Shown piece by piece: positions 1 through 15,105 of a stretch of DNA of 64,000 nucleotides (position 1 is its first letter; each line of letters starts with the position of its first letter). The position numbers and the translations under genes were made by a program. The notes under the pieces are model-generated. The model saw nothing but the letters and a program-made list of their open reading frames with translations, did not search any database and had not been told where the DNA came from. The stretch covers positions 84,568,001-84,632,000 of the forward strand of contig OX597820.1 in assembly GCA_951406725.2 (NCBI GenBank), written 5' to 3'. Origin of the DNA: Octopus vulgaris. Lineage: Eukaryota.

Positions 1-455
1 TTCATTCAACTAGATTCTACATATTGATTCTATGTATCATCATCGACCAGTAAATAAAATATATCTTTATGTAGTAAATATATACGTCTTGAATTTATTC
101 TTCATTTGTTATGAACTTTTCTAATAACATACACGTAGCCACGTCAACACCTTGCACTGACTATATATTCCCACTACATACTTATATGAATGCATGTACG
201 TATGAGTGCATTTGTATGTGTGTTTGTGGGTGTGTGTATGCGAAGTGTAGGGGATTTGATACATAGATAGAGTAGTTCTGAAAGCTTAAGAAGTTTGCTT
301 CGTAGGTATATGACTCTTGGCTTCATGAGTTTGCGTATCATTTTATTGAAGGGTGAGGCAATAACTGATGTAGTAATTGATGCTAACTTTTTCAGTTATA
401 TAAGCTCGACATATCACGTCTTCGAATCCAGAAGGCATTATCACCTTTCTTCATT

Positions 456-1530
456 TATCAGGTTGAGTGAAATGTAGGCAACCTTGTGAACCATGAAGAA
501 TTTGTATCGGATTTTTTCAAAATTTGAATCTTTTTGGTATTCAATTTCTAAAAAGGACAGCAAGTATCTGAAACTACTCGCAATATCAGCGAAACGTTTG
601 GTGAGGAAATGAGCGGTGGTGGTCAGCTCGAAAATGTTTCAAATGATTTCGACGTGGATACCGGAGCCTTGAAGATCATGAGCGTAGTGGACGCCTATCT
701 GCCATTGATTACGCTCAATTAAACACCGCCATTGAGAATGATCCGAGAAAAACCACTCAGGAACTAGCAAAAGAACTTCAAGTTCGCCAGATAACTGCCT
801 GCAGCCATTTGTATACGATCGAAATATCAGAATAGGGAGACTAATGGGTACCACACTATTTGAATGAAAATCAGAAGATGCGCAGATATGAAATTTGCTA
901 GCAACTTCTCCGTAACCAGACCTATCCATCTCTCGACCGTTTTGAAACTTACGATGAAGGATCGAAAACCTTCCCTACACTTGTGATCTTCAAATAGAAG
1001 GTTATGTTGACTGTTTCTAGTTGTGCTGATGGTCTTATCCACTACAACAACTTAAAACCCGGAAAACCCATTATTGCAGAAACATATTGCCATGTCATTG
1101 AAAAATGAACGAAAAATTGATATTCTTCTGTCTCAGAGTGGTCAACAGAAGAGAGTCAATCTTCATGACAATGCCAGACCAGACATTTCACTAATGAAGT
1201 TCGATAAGTTGTGGGAATTTGGCCACGAAGATCGCCCCCCTTTCAGCTTATTCCCCAGATCTTTCTCCAACCGACTACCACTTTTTTAAAGTCCTTGATG
1301 GTTTCCTGTGAGAGGAGTTCAAAAATCAAACCGATGCTGAAAGTTCCTTCAAGGAGTTCATCAACGCAAGAACTCCAGATTTTTATGTTAGCGGAATATT
1401 GTAACTCGTTGGATAATACTTTTTGATTGTAATGGTACTTACTTTGATGAATAAAATTTCGGCATTATTGAAATATATGGCTTTGAATTTCATGCTTCAA
1501 AACATCATTTACTTTTTACTCAGCCAGATA
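456..1530 (+). mobile_element. Degenerate mariner (Tc1/mariner) DNA transposon with imperfect TIRs and TA ends; transposase pseudogene
   Basis: Left end TAtcaggttgagtgaaatgta (456) matches the reverse complement of the right end tactttttactcagccagaTA (1530). Frameshifted transposase motifs: LEDHERSGR...DPRKTTQELAKEL (HTH), WVPHYLNENQK (~845, WVPHEL motif), LHDNARP (~1161), YSPDLSPTDYHFF (~1248) and terminal GTYFDE*. Confidence 0.9.
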
Positions 1531-2356
1531 GATATTGCAATATAGCTGATGTTTCGAAATTAAAGAATAGTAACGTTCAATTCGAAAGTTAGGAAGGCAT
1601 CGTCATATTCAAGTAGCAAGTACGAGTATATACTGTGCTACACTTAACTATATTAGATATTAAATTAGACAGGTAACCTACTTAATGAGACACGGAAACT
1701 TATATGGAAATTCTTAAATAACTTAAAGCGAATATTCGCTTACTTCAAATCTCTTACCTAAAGTGCGCTGGTACCAAACTCTATATATCTCCTGAATATT
1801 GATTCTGTAATATTGTAACCCTGATATTTCCTCTGTAATCGTTATAAATATAACGAAATATAATGTATGACTTTCTTCAAGGCATAACCAATCTTCTCGT
1901 TTACATTAAGATTTGTACTTTTATTTAAATGTATATTTATGTTCTCTTCTCTCGCTTCTTCAATTTATCCTAAAATCTCATATTCTAAATCACTATTTCC
2001 CTGTATTTCATCAGCTATATGTTATTATGTGTTAATATTTTTGTATTTCATATTTTTACATGCTATTCTTTTGTATTTTTACATACTTTTATCATATTTT
2101 ATGCTTCTCCATTTTTAAAATTCTATATTTTAATACGTGTTATGTTATTTTTTTTTATGTGTTTTATATTTTTTAACATATTTTATTTGTAAATACTGAA
2201 AAATAATTTCTACAATTTTTGTATATTCATATTTATATATTATAAAGTGTTTTTATAATATCATGCACATGAATCTTAAAGTAAACTATACAAATTTAGC
2301 TACAGATGCATATATGTGTGTGTTGTGAAACGTTATTTATGTTTTTATAGGTATGC

Positions 2357-2388
<32 letters not shown>

Positions 2389-2774
2389 TGAAAATGGATG
2401 CGTGGCGTTCATACGATTATCCATGTTTGTTTTCTTTCGGTTTCCTTATATGTCTCCACTGTCCTGTTTTTGTTCTCAATTTTGACAGTCCATATATCTA
2501 AAATTTTATTTTGGAATTTATAGGAGCAACTGTATTTGTGAATAATATTGTGTTTGAAAGCTCGCAGTAATGAGTAGATAGATAGTCAACAACTAATAAA
2601 GGGACGATCTCTGTGTTTCTCTTTTTGCTCTCGTTTTTTTGCGCATATAACTCGCTTTTTCGTACTTCACGTTGTTTACACTGTTGGTGACGCCCTGTAT
2701 ATCTATATATATATATATATATATATACATGGACATATATATGAACATATATACACAAATACATATGTATATAA

Positions 2775-2818
<44 letters not shown>

Positions 2819-2916
2819 ATGTATGTGTATAAATATATATATTTGTCATTTGTCCATATATTATATACATGTGATTACGTACATGTTTATACGTATATGT
2901 GCCTGTTATATATACG

Positions 2917-3016
<100 letters not shown>

Positions 3017-3046
3017 CTTTTATACTTTCATTTCTCTCTGTCTACT

Positions 3047-5513
3047 TCAGGGAGTGACGACCCTGTCTGACACGAGTTCCGGGCTCAGCTGGCTCCGGCT
3101 GACAGTACCCGGTATGGGCCCCTATCCAGGGTTACGGAAAGGAGACAACCTTCAAAAAAATCCGGAGTGGAGCCCCGAAGGCGGTTTAGCGTTCGACTCG
3201 ACACTCTTCCGGCAGCTCCTGCAACCAAGCTGGTGCCAAACGTAATGCTCTGCACTCCTTTGGACTTCATCAGCAAGGTCGAGATAGGAAACCTGACGAT
3301 TGGGCTACCCAGGACTTCTTATCTCTAGCCCAGACCTGCGCAAAACTGGAGAGGACACTTCAGTGCTGCTGTAAAAAGCTGCAGAAACAACACGGGAGGT
3401 AACAGTCACGAGTGATAAGTACATTCAGATTGGCGTAAAATATGGGCGCTACGGGTTACCTCTGACGGTGGGAAGGACCTCCGTGTCCTATTGGTTAGCT
3501 ACTGCCCAACTCAAGCTGGGCAGCCCCCAGTTAATAAGGTGCTGACCCGCCACAGGCCATCTGCTTCATTGGGGGCTTGGAGCTAAGAGCATGACTTGAA
3601 AAGCGGCCTGCAACCTCTGCACCAAGCAAATAACTAAAAGACAAAAAACCGCCAGTCCTGCGGTTGGCAAGCTGGAATGTCAGGATCATATTCCCTGGAA
3701 TATCTGATGATCTACTCAGGGTTGAAGACACAAGGAAAACGGCCATCATTGACCGAGAACTAAAGAGGCTCAACATAGACATTGCTGGGCTACAGGAGAC
3801 AAGACTTCCCTCAAACGGCAAACTAAAAGAGCAGGATTTCACCTTCTTTTGGCAGGGAATTGATCCAGAAGAACCTCGTCAACATGGCGTTGGCTTTGCA
3901 GTGAGAAACTCATTACTCTCCTCAATAGAACCACCATCTGGAGGCACTGAGCGTATCCTCTCTCTGCGCCTCTTGACTTCTTCTGGCTCACTACATTTAC
4001 TCAGCATCTATGCTCCCATTCTCTACAGCTCAGAGGAGACCAAGGACCAGTCCTACAAAGATCTCAACTGTGTCATAGAAAATATACCAACAACTGAAAA
4101 TCCCCTTCTAGGAGATTTTAACGCTCGCGTGGGATCTGACCATGATTCGTGACCCATTTGTGTTGGACACTTTGGTATTTGCAGCATGAATGACAATGGT
4201 CAGATACTACTCGAATTCTGCCTTTGACTCAGTAAGCAGAACATACCTCTTCATCCTGCTCCAAAAAAATGTGATGTCCACCAAAGCTGCTGAGGATCAT
4301 CAAGTCTTTCCATAATGACATGCAAGGCATCATACAGCACAATGGTTCAACATCAGCCCCCTTCCAAATAAAAAACGGGGTAAAGCAAGGTTGAGTCCTC
4401 GCTCCTACATTATTTGGCATCTTCTTCTCGCTCTTACTCTCACATGCCTTTCAGACATCAGATGATGGAGTGTTTCTGCACAGTAGAAGTGACGGGAAAC
4501 TGTTCAATCTCTCGCGCCTGCGTGCCAAGACCAAAATCAGAAACGTCCTGATCAAGGAGATGCTATTTGCTGATAATGCCGTTCTGGTATCACACACAGA
4601 CGAAGCCCTCCAAAGGCTCATTAACTGTTTTGAGCAAGCATGTAACGACTTTGGCTTAGCTATCAGCCTTAAGAAGACCAACATCATGGGTCAGGCTACA
4701 TCGGACATCCCAAACATATATATTGGAGACCACAGATCACAAGAGGTGGAGAAGTTTACCTATCTTGGCTCTACCGTCACCTACAACCTATCCCTTGACG
4801 CTGAGCTCAATATACGCATTGGCAAGGCAGCTGCTGCGATGGCCCAACTCTCAAAACGGGCGTGGGACAACAATAAGCCGACCAAGACCACGAAAATAAA
4901 GATCTACCAGGCATGTGTACTTAGCACTCTACTGTATGGAAGTGAGACTTGGACGCTATACACACGCCAAGAGCCTCGCCTAAACATCTTTCACCTGCGC
5001 TGCCTCCGGAATTTCCTCCGCCTCAAATGGCAGAATCATATCCCTAACAAAGATGTCCTCAAGCAAGCAGGAATACCAAGTATGTTTGCACTCCTCACAC
5101 AAAGACGTATGAGATGGCTTGGGCATGTTAGCCGTATGAAAGATGGCAGAATCCCCAAGGACATACTCTACGGAGAGCTTGCTAGGGATACTAGGTCTGT
5201 GGGTAGACCGTTCTTACGTTACAAGGATGTTTGCAAAAGGGACATGAAGGCCTGCAACATCAATATCAGCGGTTGGGAGGCAGTTGCTGGCAACCGTGGA
5301 GATTGGCGACGTACCGTAACAGAGGGAATACAAAGGAGTGACAGGGAGAGAGAGGAACATTCTTCGCTACGTTTGCGGTACCTGCCAGAGGGAGTGTTTG
5401 TCCAGGATAGGACTACACAGCGACAGCAGGAAATGTATCAGGACATGAAATGTAAAATCCGGACTAGACTATTTTATGCGCAACTCCATTGTCTCCCGAG
5501 ACAAAAAGGATGC

Positions 5514-5520
<7 letters not shown>
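3047..5520 (+). mobile_element. RTE-clade (BovB-like) non-LTR retrotransposon with 5' UTR, internally deleted and degenerate
   Basis: GC-rich 5' UTR. APE endonuclease (SWNVR...DIAGLQETRL...GVGFAV...LGDFNARVG, 3664-4220). RT (AFDSVSR, GVKQG*VLAPTLF, LFADN, FTYLGS) and C-terminal LLYGSETW...RWLGHV.RM...RIPK.ILYGEL. 3' hairpin gtctc-cc-gagac followed by (TA)n. Confidence 0.92.
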
Positions 5521-5554
<34 letters not shown>

Positions 5555-5891
5555 CAGGATTCAAGTAAATCAAGTCCTTAAATTGTCTTTTCTACTCTAG
5601 GCACAATGCTCGAAATTTTTGAGGAGGAGGCCAGTAATTTATTTATCGACTCTCAACGGTATCGTGTACGAAACAAAATTAGACTAATATACATGTACGT
5701 ACCGAATTAAAGATTAAGTTATATTCAAGTCGCAAGTACGATCACTAGCGTCTAACTAGATATGCCCCGAGTCTGCACCTAAATAAAAACAGAGCAGCAA
5801 TTGTACTGAACACAATAGATTTCAGATCCACGCTAATTGCAGATTTCATGTGAGATGAATAATAAATAAATATGACCGGATAGGTAACATT

Positions 5892-6300
5892 TCACTCTCT
5901 ACAGGTTTTTAAGGTGTGTTTTTTATTGAGGAATAGGGTTATTACATCATGTGAAAAAAACATATTCATCAAGTGAATATTCGGACCTGTTAAGCACAAA
6001 CACACACGCACAAATATAAATTTAATATGTTGGTGTGGTGAACTTTTCAAGAAATTAATATCCTTTTTTTCAAAGCGGTCTGAGTCAAAGGTTAAGGATA
6101 GCATTTTTACTGGACAGCCAAATAAAGACAATGTAGAGGTGAGATAAACTTGAAAAGTCAATGAGTGATATCGAAAGAGAGACATGTTGTACACATCGTG
6201 CCATAGTTCATGTCTTCCTAGGTAACAACACATATCTCAACGCGATGCAGCTGGTTGTAAAGTGTATTGAGAGTTTTAAGAACTTGGGCTCTCGTGTGCC
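5892..6300 (-). pseudogene. Possible very old Penelope-like RT fragment
   Basis: ORF 5892-6233 contains ...KKDINFLK...MFFSHDVITLFLN, resembling the PLE RT KD...F...SFDV.SLF.N motif. Weak similarity only. Confidence 0.3.
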
Positions 6301-7567
6301 CTTAGGGGTGCATTTTGTTTACATTCATATTTAGAGTACTTTACTGATATATTCTCTCACTGAGGTGACCTCAGTGATAGACTCCATCAAGGTATCTTTG
6401 CAACAGGGGATGAGATACTGAGGAGGATGAGACACTCATATGATGGGAGACTATATATGATCCCTTGTTTCAAAAGATATAGGAGCTCACAGTAGGAAAT
6501 CTCGATTTTTAATGCATTTCTAGTGTAATCTCATTATGTGCCTACTTATATTTTTGGAAATAATGTCGCACAATGGAAATAAGGTCAATAAAGCATTACC
6601 AAAATAAAGTTTTTTTTCTGAAAATAAAACCAAGATTATCACTTGAAATATCGATGTTAGGCAAAATCTAAGTGTTTTCATTTTTTTTTGTTTTGTTTTT
6701 TGTGAAATCAGAAAAAAGGATAACAACAAGGAACGTCAAAAAGAATTCAGAAAAATAAAATTGGTGTTACACAGTGTAATCAAACATATTGTACTCAATG
6801 GTAATTTATACATAACGCTCGAACAAAGACGGAGCTTTTAATAATGCTTGTCTTAGCGGGATAATATCTTTATATATATTCATTCGCTGATGTATATGTG
6901 TGTTTGTTTGTGTATGTTCTTGTGCGTGTGAGTGTGTGTGTTTGCGCATATATGTGAGTATATATGTATTTATATACATATGCACATATATTACATATTC
7001 GGATGAATGTATATATGTATGTATGTGTGTATATGTGCGTGCGTGTGTATGTATGAGTGTGGGTGTGTGATAACTATGTATACAGGGGTCATGTAAATGA
7101 CTTTTGGGAGAAATGTAAGACAACTACAAACAATTCTACACCAAATAAATAGGATATACGTGAACACGCTCAAACGACTTTACAGATTACTAATCCCATA
7201 AACCGGAGTGCAGGTTATTATGTAAGCAGATTATCTATGTGAAAGGCTTGAGGAGGTTATGTCATTCATGCTGTTGCATATATCGAAAAATGGTCTGAAT
7301 ATATGCAATCATCCACACATATACCTTCACGCTTTTTCGTTACTGGTATATCTCGGAATCGATGTTGAACATTCTCTCTTACAATTCAGCATTATTTAAT
7401 ATTTCATGCATTCCGGTTGTTGATGCATGACTTTATTATATTCAAGACACAAATAATTGGTCTGTGAGATCAGAAATCCAACAGAGTATATGTACCTAAT
7501 CTAATTTCCCTCCATAAATTTAATCGACTGTGAAAGTATGACAGAACAATACCCTTGTAAAAGGAAT

Positions 7568-8218
7568 AAGGTGGTGAGCCGGAAGAAACGTTTGCAGAAC
7601 AAGCAAAACGTTTCGCGACCATTTCCTGTGTCTTTACGTCTTCAGTTCCAATTCCGCTGAGGTTGACTATTAATTTCATCCCTTCGGGAAAGATAATATA
7701 AGTAACAGGTGAATACTGTGATTTGTGAAATCGACTTAGGCCCTCCCTAAATATTGGTGTACTTGTCCCAAACATTTGAAACCAGCATTGCATGAGTATA
7801 AAATGGGGATTTAGAATACTGGACAAAATGCTTGGCATTTCGTTCAAATCGACAAAATGCTTGTCGGCATTTCGTTAGGGTTGACATTTGGGATCCAGAA
7901 AATAAGTACAAGTTGAGCACTTGGGTTTATATAATCGACTTCTCCCACGAACTAATTTTCTGATTTTTTCCAAAACTCTGAAACAATATTACGTCAGTAT
8001 CAGGCAGGATGTTGGCACAATTATTACCATGGGGAGAAAAACGCTTGGCCGTACTTTAACCTTATTTAAATTCTGAATTTGAATTCCTCCCAGGTAGGTT
8101 TGGTTTTCTATATTTTCTGTGTCGAGGAACAAAGTACCATCCAAGTATGTAATACATATAGTCGACTATCCCAGAAATTGCTAACCTACTTGCCAAAATT
8201 TCAAACCAATATTACGTC
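7568..8218 (+). mobile_element. Cluster of about 3 tandem degenerate copies of tRNA-derived SINE family A
   Basis: Copies at ~7568-7783, ~7800-7985 (partial) and ~8000-8206 share family A blocks in degenerate form (ggtggtgagccggaagaa..., ttcatccc.tcggg..gataa.ataagta.ca..., tttgaaacc). The last copy is flanked by the 12 bp direct repeat caatattacgtc (7984, 8207). Confidence 0.7.
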
Positions 8219-9392
8219 TTTAAAATTGGATCTTCAAAAGTCTTAAATTTACTTCGTTCAGGCCTCAGAAGTTGGCTGGCCGTAAATAATATTACGGAGG
8301 AGATTTCTCACATCTAATAAAACTGTATGTCCGACAAAATCAGCGTCGATATAATTTTAGCAAAGACTTGGAATGTTAACTGGTCTTTCATCAAGCAACA
8401 ATCTGTTAAATTTCAAAGTGGGTGTCTTAAAATGCTCCAGTAAATGTTAGGCTTCAACTTGTATTGTGCAATTTTGCTCTTCAATATCCATTATTATGTT
8501 GCTTTTATGCGTAGAAAATCAATTATCTCCATCTGTATGAAGCGTCAACATACATGAATGCGTACATACATGCATGCATGTATATGTGTAGGTATATATA
8601 TATACTCACACAAACACACACACAAGCGCGCAGACACATGTACTCATATTTACACTTGCGCCCACATGCGCCTATACAGTCACAAATGTATATGCGCACA
8701 CATGCATAAGTATTTGCGTGCATGTGTATTTTTAGGAACATCACATAATGTCATAATAAAATATGGATGTCGCGGTATAGCAGGATAATAATGCAGGCAA
8801 TATATTAAAAACACACTAGAGGGATTAGTTAACTAAACTGAAACCTATTGTAAGCTTTCATTAAGCGTTTTATGGGTTAATGCATTGTAATATACGAGGA
8901 ATGTAGTCTGTAATTTATTTTTATATTTTGGTTATCCCTTCATTGTTTTTTTTTTTATTTCTGTACTTCGATTCTGGTAGGCAAAGCCGTTAAAAGCATC
9001 TGTGTTATTTTAGCGAGAGATTGTTAATCCGGAAAGACAAAGAGGAAAAAAAACCTAATGACTACGGCAGCAAAGTCGAAGACAATAATGACAACAACAA
9101 ACATAAAAAAAAAATCTACTAAAGGATAAAAGCAATTCTACAAAGATAATACGAATACATAATAACTAAAAATATTTAGAAGAAAACTACTAATAATGAA
9201 AATATAAAGAATGGCCTTACTAATACTGCTATTACATGACCACTACGAAAATTGCATTTCTTCCGTTATGAGCTCAAATGCCGTTGAGGTCGAATTCGCT
9301 TTTCATCCTTCTGGGGTCCACACTTTAATTATAAAAAGAAAAGATTATTATTGTTATTATTGTAAAAAAGATTACTATTATTATTATAAGTA

Positions 9393-9447
<55 letters not shown>

Positions 9448-9539
9448 ATACTATTATTTTTTTTGTTATTGTTGTTGTTTTTGTTGTTGCTGTTTTTGTT
9501 GTTGTTGTTGTTATTATTTTCGTTTTGTTGTTATTGTTG

Positions 9540-9755
9540 AAGCGGCGATCTGGCGGAATCGTTAGGATAGCGGGTAAGATGCTTAGCGGCATTTCTTAGC
9601 GACGTTACATTCTGAGTTCAAAAGCCGATGAGGTCGAGTTTACCTTTTATCCATTAGCGGTCGATTATATAAATAGTAGTGAAACACTGGGGCCGATGTA
9701 ATGGACTTAGACCCTCCCACCAAAAATGCTGGCCTTTTGCATAGATTTGAAATCA
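9540..9755 (+). mobile_element. SINE family A copy (a partial copy also lies at ~9255-9330)
   Basis: agcggcgatctggcggaatcgttag (A-box-like), gagttcaaa (B-box-like), gaggtcgagtttaccttttatcc...ggtcgat, end ctggccttttgcatagatttgaaatc. Homologous to 7568, 40563 and 47307. Confidence 0.75.
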
Positions 9756-9764
9756 TCATCATTG

Positions 9765-10146
<382 letters not shown>

Positions 10147-10578
10147 TAAGACATCGCACCGTATCCAGTATCGTGATGATGGTCATTGAAGATATTAAGG
10201 CGACCCGGAGGTTTGTACTGTCTGTCAAGTCACAACAAGGACCAAAGGCAGATAGTACTTTTTGTAATATGCCGATTTTTGCAATACACCTAGATTGTAG
10301 GTTATTTTTGAAGTTTCCAGATAGTTTTTGAGATTGGGTTGGTATTGAACCCAATGCTCCGATGACAATAGGGACTAACTTTATTTTTGACTCTCGAAGC
10401 TGCCACATATTAGCGATCTCAATCCCCAGGTCTACATATTTGTAAGTCTTTTCTCTTTCCTTCCTGATAATATATTGATCTCCTGGCACTGCAACGGCTA
10501 TTATTATGCACTCTTGTTTGTTTCTCCTAAAAGTTACTATATTAGGCCTTCGGTGTTCTAACACCTTGACTGTCTGAT
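10147..10578 (-). mobile_element. R4/Dong-like (restriction-like endonuclease) LINE 3' fragment between (TAA)n arrays
   Basis: Translation HRRPNIV...CIIIAVAVPGD...KEREKTYKYVDL.IEI..MW...VPIVIGALG matches the PD...D...E.EK..KY REL domain seen at 22250-22460. Confidence 0.85.
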
Positions 10579-10602
10579 TACTATTATTACTATTATTATT
10601 AC

Positions 10603-10696
<94 letters not shown>

Positions 10697-10720
10697 GTTA
10701 TTATTATTATTATTATTATT

Positions 10721-11274
10721 GAGTGAGAGAGCAGTTCATGCCATCAAAGTGACACTGGAGAAAAATATACGAAGCCCAATATACCCATCATGACTACCCG
10801 TCTGATAAAGGTACACCAGGCACCTGCATCACAACCATATGTGCGCGACATGGTGATCTCATATCAAGAGAAACAGCACATGACCTTGCAGGTGGGGCCC
10901 AGTTAGAATTGTCTTCAGGTTGAGTAGCCTATCCCGCTCAAACGGTCCCTGAATAAGGGTTGTTTAAGGATGTTGAATGAAGCACCCATGTTTCCAGAGG
11001 TGAATCATTCAAACCCCAAAGAATCCCTCTCAACACATGGCTATGATGCTCCCCCACTACTTCTGCTCGTGATCAGAGATGCACATATCGTCAGCAACTA
11101 AGGGACATGCTCAACTGGTTAAGGTCAAACAACTGACAAGCAAATCTGTGGTATTGAGCAGAATATTTGCTGTAGCCCATCTTTTATACCAAGACAAAAC
11201 AATGTACATGATAACACTTCCAATCAGTTAAGATCAGAAGCCATGAGAGCCACTGCCTGGTACTGCATCAGGGC

Positions 11275-11278
<4 letters not shown>
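10721..11278 (-). mobile_element. Non-coding ~555 bp interspersed repeat inserted in (TAA)n; second degenerate copy in opposite orientation at ~36935-37280
   Basis: Clean boundaries against TAA arrays on both sides. Blocks such as tgtgcatctctgatcacgagcagaa, ccttattcagggac and atcagacgggtagtcatga recur at 36944-37235. Strand is inferred, not shown. Confidence 0.75.
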
Positions 11279-11316
<38 letters not shown>

Positions 11317-11322
11317 CATTAC

Positions 11323-11386
<64 letters not shown>

Positions 11387-11816
11387 ATTATTAGTTTTAT
11401 TATTATTATTATTTTCATTATTATTATTATTATTAATATTGTTGTTGTTGTTATTGTTGTTGTTGTTGATTTTATGATTTGTTTTATTTATTTGTTTTAT
11501 TTTCATTGTTTTGCGTATTATACTGACTTTACTATAATTGATACATACGATAATTTGTATGGTATAAAATTGCAGGAGCTAAATAAATCATCATTCAATA
11601 CAATCACAATGTAGGTACGTGTGCTTAGATGTGTGTTAATAAGCATTTAAAACATACACACACGTATACATATACGTCTACATATAAACACACGTACACA
11701 CACATGTATATATATATATATATATATATAAACATCATATATATAATGTATATAATATTTATGTATGTATATATAATATATATATAATACATATATACAG
11801 ACACATACACACACAT

Positions 11817-11871
<55 letters not shown>

Positions 11872-12302
11872 AACACACAACACACACACACATATTTATT
11901 CATATACAATTATGTATGAATATATGTGTGCCTCTGTGTGTGTGTGTAGGGAATTGAGTCTGTGTACAAGATTGAATACGAGTGTCTCAGAGTATGTCAG
12001 AGATTATCGATTACGTGCTATTTATTTTGTTTGTATAATTTCTTTATTAGCGATAGTGATGTCCCTGCAGTATAATTAACATTGTAAATAGCTCTATTCT
12101 TGTCGTGCGTGTCATGTAGTAGTGTTCACTGATTGTTATTCTATCTTCACGTATATCTGAATCCGTTTCACCTACTCTATTTTTTACAATATCGGCTCAC
12201 ATTGCTTATTTCTTAAAGGAAATTTTCTACGTCTCTCTCCTCATCTCTATTTTCGTATGTATGTATGTATGTATGTATGTATGTATGTATGTATGTATGT
12301 AC

Positions 12303-12347
<45 letters not shown>

Positions 12348-12570
12348 ATTATCTATCTATCTTTCAATCGATATATCTCTCTAATCTAGTTATTCGTCAA
12401 TTTGTATTATGCGTAAACACATACAGAGATAGGCACATTTACGCACACATACATTTTAGGTATGTGTATGAAAATACATAAATATAAGTATACACACACA
12501 TAGACGCATGTATATGCATGTATGTATATATGTATGTATGTATATATATATATATATGGATGTGCGTGTG

Positions 12571-12641
<71 letters not shown>

Positions 12642-14420
12642 GTGTGTGTATATATACATATACATATATATATATACGTGTATATATATATATATATATA
12701 TATACCCTAACCCATATATATATATATATATATATACATACATACATAAGATTTAAAATAAGCAGAAAATGGAGTAATGTTTGATCAACAAACTGACCAA
12801 CATCGGTTATGTGACCGATGTTCGTCAATTTATTTACTTCTTGATTACAAGTTTTCTACATTTTGTGCCTCTTGTAAATTTGATTCCTGATAAACTTTTG
12901 TTTATTCTATTATTACCTGTACTCTGTTCTCTATGAGCATAGTGTGCTTGCATAGCCATGCCCAGGGATGATATAGGTAAACGATACCGGTAGTAAGTGC
13001 GGATATTCTTATCCCTTAGACGGTTATTCCAACCTATAAATCTGTTTTCCTATATATAGATAAAAAATCTATTAATACTATTCCACCCCCCCACGAGTGT
13101 GTGTGTCAGTTTGCGTCTATGTATTTATGTATGAACACACGTATATTTTTATATACACACACACTACAATTTTGTTTTTGCTGAGCATCCAATTAGTTAA
13201 TCTATTAGCCTATTTGAAAATGAGCCTTTCCCGCATTTTAAGGACATTACTGGACCAATGTAGTAACTCTTGTAAATGATAACTATAATTACATAAATAA
13301 CCTTTTATTATAATTTTCATTAAGTGTACCGCTTCAAAAGTAGAAATATTTTTATTTATTTTTCTCTCGTTTTTATTTACGTATCAAGCCGGAAAGTGTG
13401 ATTTCAATGTTTCTAGTCTGCCCATAATAAATAATTATTCCGTTCTTGGATTAATGGCCGTAGCTATGTTTTCTGAAATTGGATTTTGTGTATAGTATTA
13501 GGAGTATGTTCTCTTATTTTTTGTACCACCCAATACTTCCTTATGTATGGAATCATCTTTGCGCATTTGAACTCTCCAGCACAGATAATATAATTGACAA
13601 AATCTCTTGAAAGTTATGATAAGCAGTGGAACTTATAATTTCATGTACAACACATAACTTCATGCTTAGTCTGACTGGACGTTAAATGTCAATCTATTTG
13701 CAATGATCACGCTTCTGGTTTGTAAACAAGGAAACAGTAACAGCACCCTCGATATATCGTATATAGTTGCGTTAGATTTCACTGATCAACTTAACATCAG
13801 ATTTTACTGGTAAAAAGTTTCATGATAGTATCGGATGACACACTCTTATTTGACACAGATTTGGACTTGGAAAACCCATTTCAATCAGTTTTGATAAATA
13901 TCTAATGATTGAATTTATCCATGTGGTACATACTGCACATATCTCAGAGTATTAATAAGTATTTAACTTAGTATTATCAAATAAGAAAATTTCTTACTTT
14001 CAATTACACCAAATTAATACATATATATTTAAACAGAGTTGCATTCCGCATTTACGTTTTCAAGCTCCAGAGAGATTCAAACCACTATGATTGAGTGTCT
14101 TTCTTCAAATGCTTCACATAATGAATAGGAAGAAAGAAGCTACTGATACTGTTGGATTTTACTTTTGAAACATAAGAAAGAAATGACAATTTACCTACAA
14201 TAATGTTTGGTTTATTCCGCGAACAGAGATCTTTCACACTTACAAATATTAAGCAAGAACACATACAGAGATATGAAAGGGAATATGATAATATTTTTAT
14301 AATTTTTGCATCACTGTCAAAACATACCTAATATAATATGTTTAAAATGTATACACCTGCTTTCCAATCAACCGTTATGCATTATCAGTAACGTACGTGT
14401 AGCGGCTAAAGTAGGCATGG

Positions 14421-14553
14421 ACAATTATTTAAGCGGGCCGCAGGATGTCTCGCTGATCACAAGTTTTGATGCACCTCTAAAACCTTTCAAAATAATTTCC
14501 TGTTTGGCACGTTATTCAGAAAAACCCGTATGCCGCTGTTTGGCCATGGCCAG
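14421..14553. mobile_element. Possible small hAT/Charlie-like MITE
   Basis: Left end taggcatggacaa...gcgggccgca; the right end reverse-complements to ctggccatggccaaacagcggca. TIRs are imperfect and no clean 8 bp TSD is visible. Confidence 0.3.
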
Positions 14554-15029
14554 CTTAGGTTAGTAAATTTTTATCGAGCACTCTCACTGTAAAGAGTAAG
14601 ATGATAATCTGAGGTAGTCAAAAATATACTAAAAAGGAGAGTACTAAAGTAGGAGAAGCCAAGTGATGGATATATATTAATGTTATCCTTAACACATAAG
14701 AAATTTGAAAAACAATCATGTTAAATTGTGTTATTCTACAACCTCTGGCATTGTAGGTAATATTGCTTTTCGTTAAGAGGAGTATAATACCCTTCTCCAA
14801 TCCTATGTGTTTGGGAGGGAGTGAACATGTATGTGTGGGGTCACATGTAGGTAGGCATTAGCACATTCGCCTAAGGAACAATTATAATTGTATTTTACGC
14901 ATATAAAACTGACATACAAACACACGCATAAATAATTTATATATAAATGTATATATATATAATTACATATATATTTATTTGTGTGTGTGTATATATCTAT
15001 ATTTAAGCATTTGTATTTATATATATACA

Positions 15030-15066
<37 letters not shown>

Positions 15067-15069
15067 TTA

Positions 15070-15105
<36 letters not shown>

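Noticed and set aside
1560-1900. Possible ancient GIY-YIG/PLE C-terminal remnant (KLIWKF)
   Set aside because: Only scattered residues match; a profile search would be needed.
3286-3316. CTGACGA followed by a tggg-cta-ccca hairpin in the RTE 5' UTR
   Set aside because: No GAAA after the stem and no stem I/III closure, so it is not a hammerhead.
12794-12827. Hairpin preceded by (t)tgacga on the minus strand
   Set aside because: It lacks GAAA; retained only as a hairpin.
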